The translations under genes and the position numbers were made by a program. This document shows, piece after piece, positions 38,879-50,180 of a stretch of 64,000 nt of DNA. Where the stretch lies: NCBI GenBank assembly GCA_947625625.1, contig CANQPC010000003.1, positions 1,278 to 65,277 of the forward strand. The letters are read 5' to 3'. The DNA comes from an uncultured Bacilli bacterium. GTDB lineage: Bacteria; Bacillota_I; Bacilli_A; RF39; UBA660. Every line of letters begins with the position of its first letter. Positions within the stretch are counted from its first letter, which is position 1. The notes below the pieces were generated by a model. That model was not told where the DNA came from. It searched no databases and saw nothing but the letters and a program-made list of their open reading frames with translations.

Positions 38879-40339
38879 ATGAAAAAACATAGTTTATTCA
38901 AAACAATTTTGATAGTTCTAGGTTCTTTAGTACTTGTAAATGCAGTACTTGCTGTACTTGGATATTTTGTTCCAGGTATGGAAGAAATGTTTAGTTTTAT
39001 TCCACTAGCAGATGTTATGCTTAATTTTGCTCAATCATTCTATTATTTCTTTGATAGTGTTGTATATTTATTAGTACTTGGTGCTTTTTATGGAGTATTG
39101 AACTCTGTACCAGCATATAAGAAATTACTTGATAATATTGCTCTTGCATTAAAATCTCATGCTAAAGTATTTGTATTTGCAATAACACTTATTTTTGCGA
39201 TATTATCTTCAGTTACTGGACTTTCGATGGCATTACTAGTTTTTGTTCCATTTGTAATATCAATTATATTACTTCTTGGATACGATAAGTTAGTTGCAGT
39301 AAGTGCTACTATTGTTTCAATGTTAGTTGGATTTATGGGAGGAGTATTTATTACTTTTAGGGATCCTAATAGTTATTATGGATATTCCGCTACAACATTA
39401 GAGGGAGTAGCTGGTATTTCTAAGTATGCTAATTTGTGGCCTAAATTAGTATTGTTAATTTTAGGTGTTGGACTTCTTATTTTCTTCATCAATAGGCATA
39501 TGAATAACGTTCAAGAGAAGAAAGTTAAATATGATTTAGAAGAAGAGAATAATGTAGAAGTTACTGTATCTGAAGTTAAAGGAGATTATAAAAGACTTGT
39601 AACATGGCCTTTAATTGTAATTTTAGGGTTAATGTTTGTAGTATTTGTTTTAGGATATTTTCCTTGGAACAGTCTATTTGGCATTGAATGTTTTGATAAG
39701 TTTAATGAATGGTTACTTGGACTTAATATTGGAGACTTTGCTGTATTTTCTAATATTGTATCTGGTAACATATATGCCCTTGGTAATTGGGGAAGCTTAG
39801 GATCATATATGGCAATAGTTGTATCTTTGTTAGTATTTACTCTAATTATAAAATTAATATATAGAGTTAAATTTGATGAAGTTATTTTTTCTTTTGTTGA
39901 AGGTACTAAAAAAATGGTTCCAGCGGCTTTACTTGTCGTACTTAGTTATACTATTTTAGTTTGTTCTTTCAATAATGGATTTGTTTCTACTATTGTGAAT
40001 TGGCTTGCCGATACAAAAGTTGGATTTAATATTGCTACTGGTTCTATAGTAACTGCTTTAGGAACTCTTCTTCATAGTGATTTATATTATACTGTGACTG
40101 GAGTATTTTCACCTATGTTATCAGTTATTACCAATGAATCAATGTACGGTATGTATACATTAGCTTTTCAAAGTATTTATGGATTAGTTTCAATAATTGG
40201 TCCAACAAGTTTCTTATTAATTGTTGTTTTGAAATACTTTGATATTCCATATACTTCTTGGATTAAGTATATTTGGCGTTTTGTATTGATGCTTTTAATT
40301 CTTGTAATAATTTTATTACTTATACTTGCATTAATATAA
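38879..40339 (+). CDS. Polytopic membrane transporter, YfcC/DcuC-like
   Basis: About 12 predicted TM segments. LGYDKLVAVSATIVSMLVGFMGG resembles the YfcC family. The ATG at 38879 follows GAGGAGG. Confidence 0.5.
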   Translation: MKKHSLFKTILIVLGSLVLVNAVLAVLGYFVPGMEEMFSFIPLADVMLNFAQSFYYFFDSVVYLLVLGAFYGVLNSVPAYKKLLDNIALALKSHAKVFVFAITLIFAILSSVTGLSMALLVFVPFVISIILLLGYDKLVAVSATIVSMLVGFMGGVFITFRDPNSYYGYSATTLEGVAGISKYANLWPKLVLLILGVGLLIFFINRHMNNVQEKKVKYDLEEENNVEVTVSEVKGDYKRLVTWPLIVILGLMFVVFVLGYFPWNSLFGIECFDKFNEWLLGLNIGDFAVFSNIVSGNIYALGNWGSLGSYMAIVVSLLVFTLIIKLIYRVKFDEVIFSFVEGTKKMVPAALLVVLSYTILVCSFNNGFVSTIVNWLADTKVGFNIATGSIVTALGTLLHSDLYYTVTGVFSPMLSVITNESMYGMYTLAFQSIYGLVSIIGPTSFLLIVVLKYFDIPYTSWIKYIWRFVLMLLILVIILLLILALI

Positions 40340-40346
40340 TTAATTA

Positions 40347-40372
40347 GGACATCTTAAATGATGTCTTTTTTT
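40347..40372 (+). terminator. Rho-independent terminator
   Basis: Stem GGACATC/GATGTCT followed by a T7 run. Confidence 0.7.
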
Positions 40373-40435
40373 GATGTTTAAAAAGTGGTAAATAGGGACA
40401 TTATATTCATAGAATAAATTAGAAAGGAGAAAAAT

Positions 40436-42757
40436 ATGATTGGAAATTTTAATGAGGAAGCACAAAAAATATTAATTAATGCAAAAAAGGAAATGGTAGA
40501 TTTGGGGCATCCATATATTGGTACCGAACATTTACTTCTTTCAATATTAAATAGTGATAGTAATATTTCTAATAGGCTTGAATCTTATGGACTTACTTAC
40601 AATTTATTTAAAACAGAATTATGTAAAACGGTTGGAACTACTGATAAAAATCCAGAATTATTTTTGTATACTCCTTTGCTTAAAAAGGTTATTGAATCCG
40701 CGATAATAGATAGTAGAGAAAATAATGATGGCGAAGTAACAGCGGAACATTTATTTTTTTCAATGCTAGAAGAGGGTGAAGGTATTGCTATTAGAGTTTT
40801 AATTGGTATGGGAGTAGATATTGAAAGTATGTATGATGATTTTTCTTCTAGTTTAATTAAACGTACTAAAAAAGGTAAAAAAAGAAAGCTAATGATAACA
40901 GAACTTGGTGTCGATATGATAGATAAGGCTAAAAATGGTGATTTGGATCCTGTTATTGGAAGAGATAAGGAAGTTAAAAGGGTTATGGAAATACTTTGTC
41001 GTAGAACTAAAAATAATCCTATTTTAATAGGTGAAGCAGGTGTGGGGAAAACGGCAATTGTGGAAGAACTTTCTAGACTTATTTATGAAGAAAATGTTCC
41101 CGGTAATTTACTGGGAAAGAGAATTATTTCTCTCGATATGGCTACGATGGTTGCGGGAACGAAATATCGTGGTGAGTTTGAGGAAAGAATGAAAAAGGTT
41201 TTAAAGGAAGTTGAAGATAATAATGATATTATTTTATTTATTGATGAAATACATACTTTAGTGGGAGCTGGTGGGGCTGAAGGAGCAATTGATGCTTCAA
41301 ATATTTTGAAACCAGCTTTGGCAAGGGGAAAGATTAGATGTATTGGTGCTACTACTACTTCTGAATATAAAAAATTTATTGAAAAGGATTCGGCATTGGA
41401 AAGAAGATTTCAAAAAGTATTTGTCAAGGAACCTAGTGTGTCAGAGACTAAAAATATTTTAATGAATATTAAGTCGATATATGAAAAGTATCACAATGTG
41501 ACTATTTGTGATGATATTATTAATGAGATTGTTAAATTATCGGAAAAGTATATTTTTGATAGAAATAGGCCCGATAAGGAAATAGATATACTTGATGAAG
41601 TATGTTCGAGAGTAGGAATGAGAGAGTCTGAAAGTGATAGTGAAGCTAAAAATATAAAGAAGGAAATTAAAGAATTAAAAAGAGAAAAGAATAGTTATAT
41701 AATAGATAATAATATTGATAAGGCTTATGCTCTTCGTAAAAAGGAAACGCTACTTACTTCTTTTTTGAATGAAATAGAAATAACAAATAAGAAAAATAAA
41801 AATGAAATTACTGTTAATGATGTGGCTGATGTTATTAAGAGTAGAAGTTCTATTCCTGTATATGAAATAGTTAATAAGGATTTTACGGAAATAGATAATA
41901 TATTTAATAAGATTAGTATGGAAATTATAGGTCAAAATAAGGTTATAGATAGTTTGATAGAAATTAGTAAAAGAATAAAATTGGGGTATAATTCGGGTTG
42001 TTATTCGTGTTTATTTGTAGGATCTAGTGGAGTTGGAAAGAGTAAGTTAGCTAAGTTATATGCTGAAAGTTTGGTGGGAGAAGATAATTTTATTAGACTT
42101 GATATGAGTGAGTATTCTGACAGTACATCTGTTAATAAAATTATTGGCTCTGCTCCTGGATATGTTGGATATGATGATAATAAAAATATACTTGAAGAAG
42201 TTAGAAATAAACCAAATAGTGTAATTTTATTAGATGAAGTTGATAAGGCTCATCCTTCAGTTATTAATTTATTTTTTCAAATTTTGGAAGATGGAAAGAT
42301 TAAAAATTCAAATGGAGTAACTGTTCATTTTGATAATGCAATTGTTATTATGACTACTAATGTTGGTTTTGAAAAGAATAGTATTGGTTTTAATAAAACT
42401 AAAGAAGATAATGTTTATGCTACTTTAAAAAATAGATTGGGTATTTCTTTTATAAATAGAATAGATAGTGTCCTAGTTTTTAATAGATTAAATGAAGCAG
42501 ATATTTATATGATAGTTAAAAAGAAACTTAAAAATATATGTGATAAGTATAGTGATATTGTAATCGATTATTCTGATAATTTGATTCAGGAAATTGTAAG
42601 TGAAACTGATTATTTTGATTTTGGAGCGAGAAAGATTGATAAAATTATTTCTAGAAATGTTGAAAATATTATTATCGATGGGATTATTAATAATAAAAAA
42701 GAAGTTAAAATATCTAAAATAAAAGAAACTAAAGAAAAAATATCACTTTTTGATTAG
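40436..42757 (+). CDS. clpC: Clp ATPase, ClpC-type
   Basis: Clp_N repeats and two AAA+ modules ([15 protein letters not shown] and [17 protein letters not shown]). Confidence 0.88.
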   Translation: MIGNFNEEAQKILINAKKEMVDLGHPYIGTEHLLLSILNSDSNISNRLESYGLTYNLFKTELCKTVGTTDKNPELFLYTPLLKKVIESAIIDSRENNDGEVTAEHLFFSMLEEGEGIAIRVLIGMGVDIESMYDDFSSSLIKRTKKGKKRKLMITELGVDMIDKAKNGDLDPVIGRDKEVKRVMEILCRRTKNNPILIGEAGVGKTAIVEELSRLIYEENVPGNLLGKRIISLDMATMVAGTKYRGEFEERMKKVLKEVEDNNDIILFIDEIHTLVGAGGAEGAIDASNILKPALARGKIRCIGATTTSEYKKFIEKDSALERRFQKVFVKEPSVSETKNILMNIKSIYEKYHNVTICDDIINEIVKLSEKYIFDRNRPDKEIDILDEVCSRVGMRESESDSEAKNIKKEIKELKREKNSYIIDNNIDKAYALRKKETLLTSFLNEIEITNKKNKNEITVNDVADVIKSRSSIPVYEIVNKDFTEIDNIFNKISMEIIGQNKVIDSLIEISKRIKLGYNSGCYSCLFVGSSGVGKSKLAKLYAESLVGEDNFIRLDMSEYSDSTSVNKIIGSAPGYVGYDDNKNILEEVRNKPNSVILLDEVDKAHPSVINLFFQILEDGKIKNSNGVTVHFDNAIVIMTTNVGFEKNSIGFNKTKEDNVYATLKNRLGISFINRIDSVLVFNRLNEADIYMIVKKKLKNICDKYSDIVIDYSDNLIQEIVSETDYFDFGARKIDKIISRNVENIIIDGIINNKKEVKISKIKETKEKISLFD

Positions 42758-42767
42758 TGATATTTTT
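42737..42767. terminator. Bidirectional terminator between clpC and the convergent gene
   Basis: Stem AAAATATCAC/GTGATATTTT spanning both stop codons. Confidence 0.55.
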
Positions 42768-43800
42768 ATGGTATTAATCCCCATCCGGTGACTACGTATC
42801 TTCCGCCTTGTTTTTTAGCTAAATAATTTGGTGAATTTATTAATTGATTTTCTACTACAAGTGATGTCGATTGTCCACCATCTAAATTAGCGGCATTATA
42901 CGCTCCGTATTTTTCTAAGACACTTATAACGTCTTGCAGACTTGCACCGTCTATGTAACTTTCACCTTCAGTTACTAAGAACATCATAACTCCATCTTTT
43001 GTTTGAGCAATGACACATTTATTAGCAACACCATACGGTGTTCCGACAATTTCGACAGATTTACCATTGACAATTAAGAATGGACCAAATTCTATGCCAT
43101 ACTTAACTCCTTTATTGATTGCTTCTTCACCGGTTGCATTATTTAATAGGGTTAGTTTACCGTCATTTGTTATACCGATAATATTGCCTCGGCTTCCATT
43201 ACTGGTACCATCATTTGACCAAATTACTTCATTATCTTCAATGACGTATCCAATTGGAATATCTGAGCCGTTATCTAGTCCGTTAGTAAATCCTCCGCCA
43301 TTAATACATACACTTCCATTATATCGTTTGCACATATCAATTACTCTTTCGCCGAATGTTCCAGCATTAAATTTTTTAGTTCTAATTAATTGCACTTTAG
43401 TGGGGTCATATATGGCTACTAAGTATCCTTTGGCATTTCCTACTTTAACATCAATTACTTTGTATAAATCATTACCAGGTTCTCTAGTTAATAATTCTTC
43501 TTCATATTTATTTTTATAATCTTTCTTTTCTCCAGTATTTATTTCGATATCGTCAAGATTTACATTTTCGTTGATATTTACTAAGTAGTTATTACTCTGA
43601 ATTTTTTCTATTTTTTTATCGCTATAAAATACTTTTGCTAGATATTTGTGGTTCATTGTTTGCATAGCGGTAGTTACATAAAGGTTTCTTACATAATTCC
43701 ATGGTCCATACATTACAAAAAAGCAAATTGCCACGATTATGTCTAACACTATAAATAAAATAGTTGTTTTATATATTTTTCTTTTTTTTCTTTTTCTCAT
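42766..43800 (-). CDS. Phosphodiester glycosidase family protein (membrane-anchored)
   Basis: N-terminal TM segment. INGGGF, GPFLIVNGK and NLDGGQSTSL motifs. Confidence 0.75.
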   Translation of the reverse strand: MRKRKKRKIYKTTILFIVLDIIVAICFFVMYGPWNYVRNLYVTTAMQTMNHKYLAKVFYSDKKIEKIQSNNYLVNINENVNLDDIEINTGEKKDYKNKYEEELLTREPGNDLYKVIDVKVGNAKGYLVAIYDPTKVQLIRTKKFNAGTFGERVIDMCKRYNGSVCINGGGFTNGLDNGSDIPIGYVIEDNEVIWSNDGTSNGSRGNIIGITNDGKLTLLNNATGEEAINKGVKYGIEFGPFLIVNGKSVEIVGTPYGVANKCVIAQTKDGVMMFLVTEGESYIDGASLQDVISVLEKYGAYNAANLDGGQSTSLVVENQLINSPNYLAKKQGGRYVVTGWGLIP

Positions 43801-43801
43801 A

Positions 43802-45133
43802 TTATTTTACCTCATATGGAGTATCAATACTGCCATTTCCTTTTGTTAATAATTCTTTTTTTATCTTAATGGTTGGAACTATTTTTAACTCTGAAAGAGC
43901 TGTTTTGGTATTTATATTAAAGTCGTTATTCATTGTATATATTAAGTCGTTATTTTCACTTATTCCTGTCGATAGATAGTAATTTGTTAAAATAGGATTT
44001 AAGATTATATCACCAATACTAAGAGGTGCTATTTTAGTTGAAACAGTAGTTTTTAATACTTTGATATAGTCATAGTCGGTATTATTACTGTATAAACCAT
44101 TTGAAAAATTTTGTTCTGTAAGTATATTTTTATAATTTAAACTATTGTAATAACTGTTATTTAAATAATAAGCTAATGATCCATATATTGTATCGTTGTG
44201 ATAATAATTTATGTCTGAGTATTTATGTGTTATTTCTTCGCCTTCATATTTTAAGTAGTTATTTAATGATAATTGGACTAAATTGTTATCAACATTATTT
44301 ATTTGCCATATATCTTGTCCTAGTTTAACATAACTTCCAAATAATCCATCTTCATTTTCAAATTTGTATGGATTATCTTTTGTCCCTTCACCACTTACTA
44401 TCGATACTGTACTTTTAAGTGTGATTACTGGTTTAATACCATATATATCTGTTTTGTCAGAAGTTCCGATTTTTCCGTCTTTATTTACGCACCATATTTT
44501 ATTGTTACTATTATAATTTATTAGGTAAAAATATTCTTGATCATTCATAAAACTATCTTTTCCACCTGTATTTATATAATCATTTATTGATGGTAAGGTT
44601 ATGTATAAATTTTCAGTAGTGGAATCACAAGATATTTTTTTGGTGTCACTAATTATATCATTACAAGTAGATGTCTTCGATAAATAATTGTCAATATTAT
44701 TTAAATTATTTTGAAGAATTCCAGTATATTCTTCGTTTTGATAATTTAACCATTTGTTTAGTTTGGATTCTTCAAATGATTTACTAGGACCCGCTGCTAA
44801 AGCGGTGATACTGTTATCTAAAACGACAGTTATCGATTTGTCTTCATTTATACGAATAATTCTCCAAAGTAAATTGGAATATTTTAAATAGTTACTTTCT
44901 TCTTTACCACTGAAATAGTAAATTCCATTTAAATTTTTAAAATTACTATTATTATGGTTATTATTCATTATATCATTTGTTAAGGTGTTTATTTCAAGTT
45001 CTTTATTGTTTTCATAATATAATTTTATAAATCTTGTTCCATAAAATACACAGCATGCTAATATGAATGCAGCACTTATTAAATTGAATATTTTTTGAAA
45101 ACTTATTTTTCTTTTTTTTACTACTTTTGTCAC
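43802..45133 (-). CDS. Membrane-anchored hypothetical protein with an internal repeat
   Basis: N-terminal TM segment. Two segments end in KPVITLK..GEGTKDNPYKFE and VPTIKIK..GNGSIDTPYEVK. Its stop lies 1 nt from the next gene's start. Confidence 0.5.
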   Translation of the reverse strand: MTKVVKKRKISFQKIFNLISAAFILACCVFYGTRFIKLYYENNKELEINTLTNDIMNNNHNNSNFKNLNGIYYFSGKEESNYLKYSNLLWRIIRINEDKSITVVLDNSITALAAGPSKSFEESKLNKWLNYQNEEYTGILQNNLNNIDNYLSKTSTCNDIISDTKKISCDSTTENLYITLPSINDYINTGGKDSFMNDQEYFYLINYNSNNKIWCVNKDGKIGTSDKTDIYGIKPVITLKSTVSIVSGEGTKDNPYKFENEDGLFGSYVKLGQDIWQINNVDNNLVQLSLNNYLKYEGEEITHKYSDINYYHNDTIYGSLAYYLNNSYYNSLNYKNILTEQNFSNGLYSNNTDYDYIKVLKTTVSTKIAPLSIGDIILNPILTNYYLSTGISENNDLIYTMNNDFNINTKTALSELKIVPTIKIKKELLTKGNGSIDTPYEVK

Positions 45134-45309
45134 TTCATCATCCCTCTTCTATCTTTTTTATTATAACAAATCCTACTTTTTTTTACAATATGTTATAAAA
45201 AATATAGTCATTTGATTTACTAAAATGTAAATAAATGTTATAATGTTAGTGAATGTATTTACTATGATTAATTGTATGGAAGGAGGTTTGGAAGGACTTC
45301 CAAATAAAT

Positions 45310-45507
45310 ATGAAATATGAATTAAATGATATTGTCGTTTTGAAAAAAAATCATCCATGTGGTGATAATAGATTTGAGATTGTCAGATTAGGAGTAGATA
45401 TAAAAATTAAATGTGTTACTTGCGGACATATTATTATGATTCCTAGAGTTGATCTCAATAAAAGGGTAAAAAAGGTGATAAAAAATGAAAAAGAAAAAGA
45501 AAATTAA
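45310..45507 (+). CDS. DUF951-family small protein
   Basis: DIVVLKKNHPCG..FEIVRLGVDIKIKCVTCGH pattern. No clear SD sequence. Confidence 0.65.
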   Translation: MKYELNDIVVLKKNHPCGDNRFEIVRLGVDIKIKCVTCGHIIMIPRVDLNKRVKKVIKNEKEKEN

Positions 45508-47023
45508 ACTTCATCCTGCTTTATTATTTTTGTTTCTTACTTTAGGAATTATGATTATAAGTAGTATTGGTAGCATACTTAATTTAGAAGCTAGTTATTA
45601 TGTTGTTAATGAAACAACTGGTGAGCTTACTTCGCAAGTAGTTAATATTAATAATTTATTTAACAGAACGGGGTTACAATATCTTATTAGTAGTATGTTA
45701 AAAAATTTTTTGGAATTTGCTCCTCTAGGGAATTTAATAGTTGGTCTTTTGGGTGTAGGGGTTGCTTATAAGTCTGGATTTTTGAATTCTTTATTTAGAA
45801 TGATATCGGAAAAAGTTCCTCGTAAATTTTTGACGTTTTTAGTAGTCTTTTTAGGAATAATATTTTCAATGTTCTATGAGGTTGGATATGTTATTTTAAT
45901 TCCTTTGGCTGCGATATTATTTATGAATTTGGGCAGGCATCCTTCGGCAGGAATATGTGCTGCTTTTTCGGGAATTACGTTTGGATATGGAGCTAATTTT
46001 ATAGTAAATAGATTAGATAGTATGCTCGTTTTATATACTAATAAAGCTGCTTCTATATTAGATACGGCATATAGTGCTAATTTATATGGTAATTTGATAT
46101 TTACTTTGGTTAGTACGATTTTACTAGCATATGTAGGAATGATTGTAACGGAAAGATTTATTATTCCTAAACTAGGAAAATATTCTTTTGATGAAGAAGA
46201 ACCTTCACAAGTTAAAGAGGTTAGTAAAAAAGAAAAGAAAGGTGTAGTAATTGCTCTTATTGCTTCTTTTGTAGCTTTTCTATTACTTGGATACTGTCTA
46301 ATTAAAGGGCTTCCTTTTTCAGGGCTTCTTTTGGATTTGAGTCAATCGCATTATGTAGATATGCTATTCGGAGAAGGATCATACTTTTATCAAGGGTCTG
46401 TAACAATATTTTCATTTATGTTAATATTTAGTTCGTTAATATATGGTCTTAGAGTTAAAACTATTTCTGATAATAGAGATTTAGTTGAAGGAATGAATTA
46501 TTATTTGAAGGATGTTTCTTCTCTCTTGGTTTTGATATTTTTTGCTTCTCAATTTTGCTTGATATTTAGAGAAACTAATATAGGACTATTTATTGTTGCT
46601 TCTTTATCTGAACTTTTAAATAGTATGAAATTATCAGGATTATTACTTGTTATTGTCACTTTTTTAATAGTTGCGATATCGACATTCTTTGTTCCAATGG
46701 CTTCGACAAAATGGGCTATGCTCTCTCCGGTTATTGTACCGATGTTTATGCAAAGTTCGATGACTCCTCAGTTTGCTGAAGTGGTTTTTAGAGCGGCTGA
46801 TTCTAGTATGAAGGGGCTTACTCCTTTGTTTAGTTATTTTGTAATTTTAATAGGATTTTTACATATTTATAATAAAAGAAAAAATGATGTTATAACTATT
46901 ACTGATGCAATGGGACTTATGATTCCTTATACGATAGCATTTACTATACTATGGATTGTTATAATTCTTGCATTTTATATTATTGGTATTCCTATTGGAA
47001 TTGGTACTGGAGTTATGTTATGA
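45485..47023 (+). CDS. AbgT-family transporter
   Basis: Polytopic membrane protein. NFLEFAPLGNLIVGLLGVGVAYKSGF matches the AbgT N-terminal signature. Confidence 0.75.
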   Translation: MKKKKKIKLHPALLFLFLTLGIMIISSIGSILNLEASYYVVNETTGELTSQVVNINNLFNRTGLQYLISSMLKNFLEFAPLGNLIVGLLGVGVAYKSGFLNSLFRMISEKVPRKFLTFLVVFLGIIFSMFYEVGYVILIPLAAILFMNLGRHPSAGICAAFSGITFGYGANFIVNRLDSMLVLYTNKAASILDTAYSANLYGNLIFTLVSTILLAYVGMIVTERFIIPKLGKYSFDEEEPSQVKEVSKKEKKGVVIALIASFVAFLLLGYCLIKGLPFSGLLLDLSQSHYVDMLFGEGSYFYQGSVTIFSFMLIFSSLIYGLRVKTISDNRDLVEGMNYYLKDVSSLLVLIFFASQFCLIFRETNIGLFIVASLSELLNSMKLSGLLLVIVTFLIVAISTFFVPMASTKWAMLSPVIVPMFMQSSMTPQFAEVVFRAADSSMKGLTPLFSYFVILIGFLHIYNKRKNDVITITDAMGLMIPYTIAFTILWIVIILAFYIIGIPIGIGTGVML

Positions 47024-47207
47024 TGGATGAATTATTACTTGCTTTGAAATATTTTAAAATTATATAATGTCGAAATTTGTTTGAGGTAAAATTCTTTGAT
47101 TATATTTTTATTTAACATATTCTAAAAAAAGAAAAGAAAATTAATAAAAAAGATGCATATTGTATCTTTTTTTGTTATAATAGTTTTGTAAGAAAGAAGT
47201 GATAATA

Positions 47208-48305
47208 GTGAGTTTAACGGCTGGAATTGTCGGACTTCCTAATGTTGGCAAGTCGACGCTTTTTAATGCTATTACTAAGAAAAATATATTAGCGGCAAAT
47301 TATCCTTTTGCTACTATTGATCCTAATGTCGGAGTAGTAACGGTTCCAGATAAAAGAGTGGAAGTTTTAGAAAATATGTATTTACCAGAGAAGACAATAC
47401 CGACTACTTATGAATTTACTGATATAGCGGGACTTGTAAAAGGTGCAAGTACTGGTGAAGGATTAGGAAACAAGTTTTTGTCTCATATAAGACAAGTTGA
47501 TGCCATTGTCGAGGTTGTTAGATGTTTTGATGACAATAATGTAATACATGTCGATGGCAATGTCGATCCAATTAGAGATATTGAGGTTATTAATGTAGAA
47601 TTAGTGCTTTCGGATTTGGAAATTATTTTATCGCGAATTGGTAAAATAGGTAAGAAGGCAATGACTACAAAAAATAAAGATGATTTAAAGGAAATAGAAC
47701 TATTAGAAAAAATTAGAGATGGGTTAGAAAAAAATATTCCTGCTAGAAAGATAGGACTATCAGAGGAAGAAATAAAAATGATAAGCTCATTTAATCTTAT
47801 TACTTTAAAACCTATTATATATGCTCTCAATGTCGGAGAAGATGATATTATAAATGGAAATAAGTATACTGAAGCTGTTACTGAGTATGCTAATAAAGAG
47901 GGTAGTGAAACGGTAATTGTATGTGCTAAACTAGAAAGTGAACTATCTGAATTAGATGATACTGAAAAAGAACTTTTCTTAAAGGATTTAGGAATAGAGC
48001 GTAGCGGACTCGATGCTTTAATTCATAGTACTTATAAATTACTTGGTCTGGCAACTTTCTTTACGGTGGGACCTGATGAGGTTAGAGCTTGGACTTTTAA
48101 AAAAGGAATGAAAGCTCCCGAATGTGCTGGTATTATTCATTCGGACTTTGAAAGAGGTTTTATCAAAGCTGAAGTTATGTCATACGAAGATTTGATATCT
48201 TTTGGTAGCGAATTAAAAGTAAGAGAAAATGGTAAAGCTAGGATTGAGGGAAAAGATTATATTATGCAAGATGGTGATATATGTCACTTTAGATTTAATG
48301 TATAG
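47208..48305 (+). CDS. ychF: Ribosome-binding ATPase YchF
   Basis: GIVGLPNVGKSTLFNA, a TGS-like C-terminus and DGDICHFRFNV. The GTG at 47208 gives an MSLTAGIVG N-terminus. Confidence 0.93.
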   Translation: MSLTAGIVGLPNVGKSTLFNAITKKNILAANYPFATIDPNVGVVTVPDKRVEVLENMYLPEKTIPTTYEFTDIAGLVKGASTGEGLGNKFLSHIRQVDAIVEVVRCFDDNNVIHVDGNVDPIRDIEVINVELVLSDLEIILSRIGKIGKKAMTTKNKDDLKEIELLEKIRDGLEKNIPARKIGLSEEEIKMISSFNLITLKPIIYALNVGEDDIINGNKYTEAVTEYANKEGSETVIVCAKLESELSELDDTEKELFLKDLGIERSGLDALIHSTYKLLGLATFFTVGPDEVRAWTFKKGMKAPECAGIIHSDFERGFIKAEVMSYEDLISFGSELKVRENGKARIEGKDYIMQDGDICHFRFNV

Positions 48306-48346
48306 TTAAAAGTAATACTTTAAATAAGAAGAAAGGAATAGGTTTA

Positions 48347-50134
48347 ATGAAAGATAGAGATAAAATTGATAAAAAGTACACATGGGATTTGGAAGTTATA
48401 TATAGCGGTAAAAAGGAATTTAATGATGATTGTGAATTAGTAAAGAAAAAAATTAAAGAACTTGGAAAATATGAAAATAAAATGACTAGTAGCTGTAATA
48501 ATTTTTATGAAACTATTAAATTATCTTTTGAAATAGATAGGTTAATAGATAAACTTTTATCGTATACTAGTTTGTCTTTCGATTTAGATACTTCGGACAA
48601 TAAGAAACAGGAATTATGTGAAATGGTATCTAATTTGGCGAATGAGTATTCAAGAGTGGGTTACTTTATTGTACCTAGTATTTTAAAATGTGATTATAGT
48701 GTCATAGAAGGTTTTTATAATGAAGATGGTAGACTTAAGGAATATGAAAGATCTATTAAAGATATTTATCGATATAAGGATCATACTTTAAGTGATGCTG
48801 AAGAAAAGCTTTTGTCGAATATTGGCAAGATAACGGGAAACTGTTTTGATACTTATGAATTATTTACTGACTGTGATATGTCTTTTGATAATATAATTAA
48901 TGAAGATGGAGAAAGCGTCGAGTTAAATAATAGTAATTATTCTTTATATATTGAAAGTAAAGATAGGAAAGTGAGAAAGAGCGCTTTTGAAAATTTATAT
49001 AGGGAATATAAAAAATTTACTAATACGATTGCTTCACTTATTTCTACTAATATGAAAGAATTGTCTACAATTTCTAAAATTGAAAAATATGATAGTGCTA
49101 TTGAAAGAAGTTTATATCAGGATGAAGTAGGTATTGAAGTTTATAATAATTTGATTGATAGCGTTCATAAAAATATTGAATATATTTATGACTATTATAA
49201 ATTGAAAAAAGAAATATTGGGACTTGATGAACTTCATTTGTATGATGTCTATGTTCCAATTGTTGGTAATTATGATAAAAAATATGACTATGAGACCGCT
49301 AAAAAGAATATATTAGATGTCCTTAAAGTATTTGGAGATGAGTATATAAATAAAGTTAAAGAGGCTTTAAATAGTAGATGGATTGATGTATATCCTACTA
49401 AAAATAAAAGGACAGGAGGATATTCGGGAGGAAGTTATGATACTTATCCTTATATTCTTCTTAATTATCAAGATAAATATCATGATATGTCTACTTTAAT
49501 TCATGAAATGGGACATTCGATGCATAGTTATTATTCAAGAACTTATAATAATTATCAAGATAGTAGTTATCGTATTTTTGTAGCCGAAGTTGCCTCTACT
49601 GTCAATGAACTTTTACTTAGTTATTATATGCTCGATCATAGTGATACTAAAGAAGAAAAGTTATCGATATTAAATAATTTAATGGAATTATATAGAGCAA
49701 CTATATATAGACAGACAATGTTTGCGGAGTTTGAAAAAAAGATATCGGAAATGGCTGATAAGGAAGAAGCATTAACTTCCGAAAAGCTATGTGATATCTA
49801 CTATGATTTGAATAAATTTTATTTTGGGGATTCAGTAATTGTAGATGATGAAATAAGATATGAATGGGAAAGAATACCTCACTTCTATTATGATTTTTAT
49901 GTATATAAATATTCAACTGGATTAAGTGCAGCGACAATGATAGTTAAAAATATTTTAGAGGGAAAAGAGAAGGCTGCCGAGAATTATATCGAGTTTTTGA
50001 AATGTGGTTCAAGACTTTCACCTATTGAGTCACTAAAAGTAGCGGGCGTTGATCTTACTAAAAAAGAAGTAATTGACGAAGCATTATTGGAATTTAAGCA
50101 TATTATTGATATGTACCGAGAGAATATGAAATAA
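48347..50134 (+). CDS. pepF: Oligoendopeptidase F (M3B)
   Basis: HEMGHSMH zinc motif. 595 aa. Confidence 0.9.
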   Translation: MKDRDKIDKKYTWDLEVIYSGKKEFNDDCELVKKKIKELGKYENKMTSSCNNFYETIKLSFEIDRLIDKLLSYTSLSFDLDTSDNKKQELCEMVSNLANEYSRVGYFIVPSILKCDYSVIEGFYNEDGRLKEYERSIKDIYRYKDHTLSDAEEKLLSNIGKITGNCFDTYELFTDCDMSFDNIINEDGESVELNNSNYSLYIESKDRKVRKSAFENLYREYKKFTNTIASLISTNMKELSTISKIEKYDSAIERSLYQDEVGIEVYNNLIDSVHKNIEYIYDYYKLKKEILGLDELHLYDVYVPIVGNYDKKYDYETAKKNILDVLKVFGDEYINKVKEALNSRWIDVYPTKNKRTGGYSGGSYDTYPYILLNYQDKYHDMSTLIHEMGHSMHSYYSRTYNNYQDSSYRIFVAEVASTVNELLLSYYMLDHSDTKEEKLSILNNLMELYRATIYRQTMFAEFEKKISEMADKEEALTSEKLCDIYYDLNKFYFGDSVIVDDEIRYEWERIPHFYYDFYVYKYSTGLSAATMIVKNILEGKEKAAENYIEFLKCGSRLSPIESLKVAGVDLTKKEVIDEALLEFKHIIDMYRENMK

Positions 50135-50160
50135 AAGAGACAAATTGTCTCTTTTATTTG
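50133..50160. terminator. Bidirectional terminator
   Basis: Stem AAGAGAC/GTCTCTT with flanking A and T runs. Confidence 0.75.
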
Positions 50161-50180
50161 TTAGAATTATGATATTTTAT

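Noticed and set aside
40436-42757. ClpC lacking the upstream ctsR-mcsA-mcsB genes and a CtsR box, as a possible anomaly
   Set aside because: Many Firmicutes outside Bacillus have stand-alone clpC. Both AAA+ modules look intact, so there is nothing unusual supportable from the sequence alone.
43010-43519. 169-aa + strand ORF antisense to the phosphodiester glycosidase gene
   Set aside because: It lies entirely within a well-supported minus-strand CDS. The P/L/S-rich low-complexity translation is typical of an antisense frame, and there is no RBS.
45277-45321. 14-codon ORF and the TTGGAAGGACTTCCAA hairpin between a GGAGG and the DUF951 start
   Set aside because: No supporting conservation is available. 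It is likely just 5'-UTR structure, and I cannot distinguish this from chance.
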